A stretch of 64,000 bases of DNA from a virus. The stretch lies in IMG/VR virus record IMGVR_UViG_2786546475_000019, positions 974-64,973 of that record. The stretch is one strand, 5' to 3'. Positions 60,413 to 64,000 of the stretch are shown piece after piece (within the stretch, counting starts at the first letter, position 1; every line of letters begins with the position of its first letter). The position numbers were made by a program, and so were the translations under genes. Below the pieces are notes generated by a model that saw only the letters and a program-made list of their open reading frames with translations, ran no database searches and was not told the DNA's origin.

Positions 60413-60474
60413 TTCAATTTAGTTTCAATTTAGATTCCATCTGATACTTCAATTTTAAACTTCAACTTCAATTT
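60413..60474 (+). repeat. four exact TTCAATTT octamers plus one TTCAAC in 62 nt
   Basis: octamers at 60413, 60424, 60448 and 60467; intergenic, downstream of the ParB-like gene. Confidence 0.8.
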
Positions 60475-60487
60475 AAAAGGACATTTT

Positions 60488-61156
60488 ATGTCTCAACTTG
60501 CACAGCTCAAGAAAAAAGTTTCCAACAAACCTGATCCTCAAGAACGTAACTTGATAACATCCGGCTCTAACATGCCGTACGTCAAGTTGTGTGGCTCAAG
60601 CACCACGCTTGTGAAGCAGGGTATCATTCCAATGGGGCATCACTCCCTAACGGAAGGTCAGAATCACATTGACCTTGGAAACGAGTTTCTTGCTGCGTTT
60701 ATTTCAAATCGTCCAAAAGCCGTTCACTACGGCGAAGATTTGACTATCAGTTATGATCCGACGAAACCTGAGTTTCAGGAGATTATGAAGAAAGCTGATT
60801 TGGGTGGACAAGCCGCTCGTGGGTATTCCTACGGTTACGAGTTTCTTCTATACTTGCCAGAGCAAAACAAAATGGCAACGTATCATTTTGGAAATCCCAC
60901 GGCTCGCCAGTCAACTGATGCGATCCTTGCATTGTTTGACGACCACAACTTCTTCATGGCGACGGTCAGCTCCACACTGATCGAGCGGAAAGGCAATTCA
61001 TGGCACGGTCCTGTAGTCAAATACTACGAGAACCCTGTTGAAATGCCAAAGTTTGATGCTGAAACTGTTCAAGCTTCCATTGAGAAGTTTGATAATCCTG
61101 TCCCATTGATCGGTACCGAAGTGGCTACTGACGAAGTGGCAAACGATCTTGAGTAA
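60488..61156 (+). CDS. hypothetical protein
   Basis: 222-aa ORF, AAAGGA RBS. Confidence 0.55.
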   Translation: MSQLAQLKKKVSNKPDPQERNLITSGSNMPYVKLCGSSTTLVKQGIIPMGHHSLTEGQNHIDLGNEFLAAFISNRPKAVHYGEDLTISYDPTKPEFQEIMKKADLGGQAARGYSYGYEFLLYLPEQNKMATYHFGNPTARQSTDAILALFDDHNFFMATVSSTLIERKGNSWHGPVVKYYENPVEMPKFDAETVQASIEKFDNPVPLIGTEVATDEVANDLE

Positions 61157-61442
61157 GCGACCAAAGTGGGAGTTCTTTGAACCTCAAAAATTCAAAAAGC
61201 TTCTATACGAAGCAGACCAGACTGATTTGTCTGGTCTGCATTCGCTTACTGATATTTCACAACATTACGGCGAGCGTAATAGACACCACTATTACGCTCT
61301 CGTTTTCGTTTGTGACATTGAGGAAATAACTCGTATTGCCCCACACGTCAACGTAACAATCTGTACGGTCGTTGATAAAAAGTATTATTGTTTGGCCTCA
61401 GGAAGTAAAGAATCATGGATCAAGCTCGGTTACATGAAATAA
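61149..61442 (+). CDS. hypothetical protein
   Basis: 97-aa ORF overlapping both neighbours. Confidence 0.45.
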   Translation: MSKRPKWEFFEPQKFKKLLYEADQTDLSGLHSLTDISQHYGERNRHHYYALVFVCDIEEITRIAPHVNVTICTVVDKKYYCLASGSKESWIKLGYMK

Positions 61443-63412
61443 GAAATTCACACAAAGGGATAAACGTCATCCGCCCCAGCTTAATGAGTAAGCTGGCAGA
61501 AGGTCCAGTACGTCTAAAGCTCACGTACCAAGGCCGACGTTATCCTATGACGTTCAACATCAACAGCGATGCCACTGAAATATCAATTAAGTTCCCCTTC
61601 TCAAGAAAAGGGCTTGAGCTGGTCAAGACTCGCTTCGGGGGACGTAAATGGGACAAAACCAATGAGCGTTGGACCATGCCGCTCACAATGCGTAACTTGT
61701 TCCTAATGGACCTACTCTCAGGAGGCAAACCTCATTTAAATTGGCGTCGTGAGGAAGACTACACCGACTTTATCAAAGAGTTCTGGGCTCAACGAGATAA
61801 ACCTTTCGAGTGTGAATTGTTTCAACATCAGATTGAAATGATAAATCTTGCTCTCAACTCTCGACACGTAATCCTGGCCGCAGATATGGGCCTTGGCAAA
61901 ACGTTAACGGCAATCGTTGTTATGGAGATTCTAGGAATTCCCAAGTGTACTTGGGTGGCTCCTAATGCTCCGTTAGCTCAAGCAAAGAACGAGTTTCGAG
62001 ATTGGCGAACACTGACTCAGGCTCGGTGGCTCACGTATCGTGGAGCCGTAAAATGGCAAAACGAATACACTGGTAAAGCTCCGAAAGCTTTTATCATTGA
62101 CGAATCTGCCTACATTAAAAACAAATCACAACGAACAGATGCTTGTTTGTACATTGCCGACTGCGTACGAGAGGAGCATGGCCTGGACTCATTAATCCTG
62201 CTCCTGTCGGGTAAACCAGCTCCTAAGTCCCCACCTGATTGGTTTAACCAAGTGGAAGCAATTTGTCCCGGAGCTATCAACGAGAATTCAAAATATACTC
62301 TTGAACGTCGCTTAGGTCTTTGGAAACAATCTGAATACGGCGAGTTCCAAGAACTTGTTACTTGGTATGATAACGAAGATAAGTGTGCCCATTGCGGGGA
62401 GATTAAACTTCACCCTAACCATCAAGAGCTTGACTTCGAAGAATTTATTCGTCACGGCTCTACTGGCGAACTAGCCACGTATGAGCGTCACGAATTCCAA
62501 CCGTCGGTAAACGAAGTTATCAAGTTCGGTCAACGGCTTAATGGCTTTTGTGGTGTGTGGCAAAAAGAAGATTGCACTGACTTGCCGCCAAAGCAATTCC
62601 ACGTGGAACAACTCGTTGTTACTCCTGAAATGTTGAACTTAGCTAAGTCTTACATGGCGAAAGCAACATCAGGTTCCGAGTCTTTGATATTTTTACGAAC
62701 ATTATCTGATGGTTTTGTTTACCAGAAGATACCAACCGATCAACTTGCTGTATGCCAAGGGTGTCATGGCGAAAAGCAAGTCGAAATGATAGACCCTGAC
62801 ACTAACGAAACGTTTTGGGCTGATTGTCACACGTGCCACGGTGAAGGATCAGTGCCGCTTATTGAACGAGTCTATCAAACGTACCCAACACCTAAGTTGG
62901 ATTACTTACACAAGTTACTTGAACTTCATAAGGAGACTGGACGATTTGTGACATTTGCAGCTTTCCAAGCATCAGTAGACATCATTACCAACTTTGCATT
63001 GCAAAAGAATTGGCAAGTGATACAAGCTGATGGGCGAGGCTGGATGTTCCACAAAGGTATTGATAACGTTGCTAAGATGAAGAAAGGGGAAATGCTAGAT
63101 TACTTCCAGAAAGGCCCGGACGACCGCGTATTATTCGTAGGTCAACCCGGAGCTGCTGGTAGTGGATTGACATTGCATCGCTCACCCGGAGTCTTCTTTT
63201 ACTCCAATGATAACGTACCGAATAACCGGTTTCAAGCTATTGATCGAGTTCATCGTATTGGTATGCGTGACGATGGTGGTCACGTCTACGATTGTTTGTG
63301 TTTACCGTCGGATAAACGTATTTTGTCCACGTTAAATAATTCAGAACGATTATCATCTATTACTCTTGACCAGTTGAAGAAGGATTATGAGCACTACCAC
63401 CCCACAAATTGA
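61415..63412 (+). CDS. SNF2-family helicase with an inserted DnaJ-type zinc finger
   Basis: ADMGLGKTLTAI (motif I), IIDESAYIKN (motif II), GAAGSGLTLH and QAIDRVHRIGM (motifs V/VI); CQGCHGEK...CHTCHGEG. Confidence 0.75.
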   Translation: MDQARLHEIRNSHKGINVIRPSLMSKLAEGPVRLKLTYQGRRYPMTFNINSDATEISIKFPFSRKGLELVKTRFGGRKWDKTNERWTMPLTMRNLFLMDLLSGGKPHLNWRREEDYTDFIKEFWAQRDKPFECELFQHQIEMINLALNSRHVILAADMGLGKTLTAIVVMEILGIPKCTWVAPNAPLAQAKNEFRDWRTLTQARWLTYRGAVKWQNEYTGKAPKAFIIDESAYIKNKSQRTDACLYIADCVREEHGLDSLILLLSGKPAPKSPPDWFNQVEAICPGAINENSKYTLERRLGLWKQSEYGEFQELVTWYDNEDKCAHCGEIKLHPNHQELDFEEFIRHGSTGELATYERHEFQPSVNEVIKFGQRLNGFCGVWQKEDCTDLPPKQFHVEQLVVTPEMLNLAKSYMAKATSGSESLIFLRTLSDGFVYQKIPTDQLAVCQGCHGEKQVEMIDPDTNETFWADCHTCHGEGSVPLIERVYQTYPTPKLDYLHKLLELHKETGRFVTFAAFQASVDIITNFALQKNWQVIQADGRGWMFHKGIDNVAKMKKGEMLDYFQKGPDDRVLFVGQPGAAGSGLTLHRSPGVFFYSNDNVPNNRFQAIDRVHRIGMRDDGGHVYDCLCLPSDKRILSTLNNSERLSSITLDQLKKDYEHYHPTN

Positions 63413-64000
63413 AATGATTCCGTTAAGCGACATCTATTCAGATGATTCGTTTAACTGTCGTCAAAAATTTAAAGATCGCGAAGTCAGAGGACTTTCCCGA
63501 AGTATCAAAGCTAAGGGATTGTTTACTCCGATTATCGTTCGACCAAAGCCCGGACCTAATGGTGAGAAATACACTATTGTCGCGGGACACCGTCGTAAAC
63601 GAGCCACGGAGCTTGCAGGCCAAACCCATATTCAAGCTATCGTTAAGAACCTTACGGACGACGAAGCTCGAAATATCAATTTGAAAGAGAACTTGGAACG
63701 CCAAGATTTGACACTTTGGCAAGAAGTGAAAGCTCTTGAGTGGTATCGAGATCAACAACTGAACGTCTTTCAAATTATGGACCGTATCAATCAAACAGAA
63801 GCGTGGATTGAGAACCGGCTTCTCGTTCTTCGGATGCCTGCGGGGGTTCAAGAAATGGTTGAAATGGGTCACTTAACTTTAGGCCATATTCGAAGCTTGA
63901 AAAAGTTTATGAATCGTCCTGACTTGCTTGGAAAGTATGCAGCCAAGCTATCAGAGCGGTACGCTTTGGGCAACAAAAACGTCACTCTTGCCCACATTCT
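63387..64000 (+). CDS. ParB-like nuclease domain protein (3' partial, runs off the window)
   Basis: my own translation from ATG 63387 has no stop to 64000: LSRSIKAKGLFTPIIVRP...YTIVAGHRRKRATELAG; absent from the track because it has no stop. Confidence 0.7.
   Translation, partial: MSTTTPQIEMIPLSDIYSDDSFNCRQKFKDREVRGLSRSIKAKGLFTPIIVRPKPGPNGEKYTIVAGHRRKRATELAGQTHIQAIVKNLTDDEARNINLKENLERQDLTLWQEVKALEWYRDQQLNVFQIMDRINQTEAWIENRLLVLRMPAGVQEMVEMGHLTLGHIRSLKKFMNRPDLLGKYAAKLSERYALGNKNVTLAHI

Noticed and set aside
63438-63872. 144-aa - strand ORF
   Set aside because: It is antisense to a + strand frame with unmistakable ParB motifs that runs off the window.
1-64000. Lysogeny, mobile-element or diversity-generating modules (integrase, repressor/Cro pair, transposase, reverse transcriptase)
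   Set aside because: No ORF shows the corresponding motifs by eye. Absence cannot be proven without profile searches, and the genome continues beyond the window.

Overview
The window reads as most of a tailed-phage (or phage-plasmid) genome, about 45% GC and densely coded with strong GGAG-type ribosome-binding sites. It has two arms. The rightward arm (2688-33612, + strand) carries tail fibre and beta-helix proteins, then a membrane/secreted cluster with an S8 subtilase and a PAS protein. It continues with GpA-type large terminase, portal, scaffold, major capsid, tail tube, a 1199-aa tape measure (so a long, siphovirus-type tail) and distal tail proteins. It ends with a GT8-like glycosyltransferase, an HTH-metallophosphoesterase and an SPFH protein. 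The leftward arm (58586 down to 33580, - strand) is one long, translationally coupled run. It holds an AEP primase fused to an SF3 helicase, Dam-type methylase, TraR/DksA, RecD/Dda-like helicase, DHH phosphoesterase, MazG, a sigma-70 family factor, ThyA, a C5-MTase-like protein, T5-type dNMP kinase, a DEDD exonuclease, a second sigma-region-4 protein and about 40 small ORFans. A third unit (59375 to beyond 64000, + strand) encodes ParB-like, SNF2-helicase and ParB-like proteins. I found no tRNA, CRISPR array, integrase, transposase or recognisable endolysin. The most interesting content is non-coding, in five parts. (1) A 55-nt fixed-geometry promoter-like module heads all three transcription units. 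(2) An exact 13-mer operator occurs as two inverted pairs, with related ATGATA sites at every promoter copy. (3) Four copies of an intergenic stem-loop cassette have conserved flanks and covarying stems that fit - sense RNA. (4) The 5' 2.7 kb is dense with GGACC arrays, iterons and perfect long inverted repeats around one gene. (5) Two genes are interrupted at homopolymer runs (A13, T5), which is either recoding or sequencing error. All protein calls come from motifs read by eye; no database search was possible.
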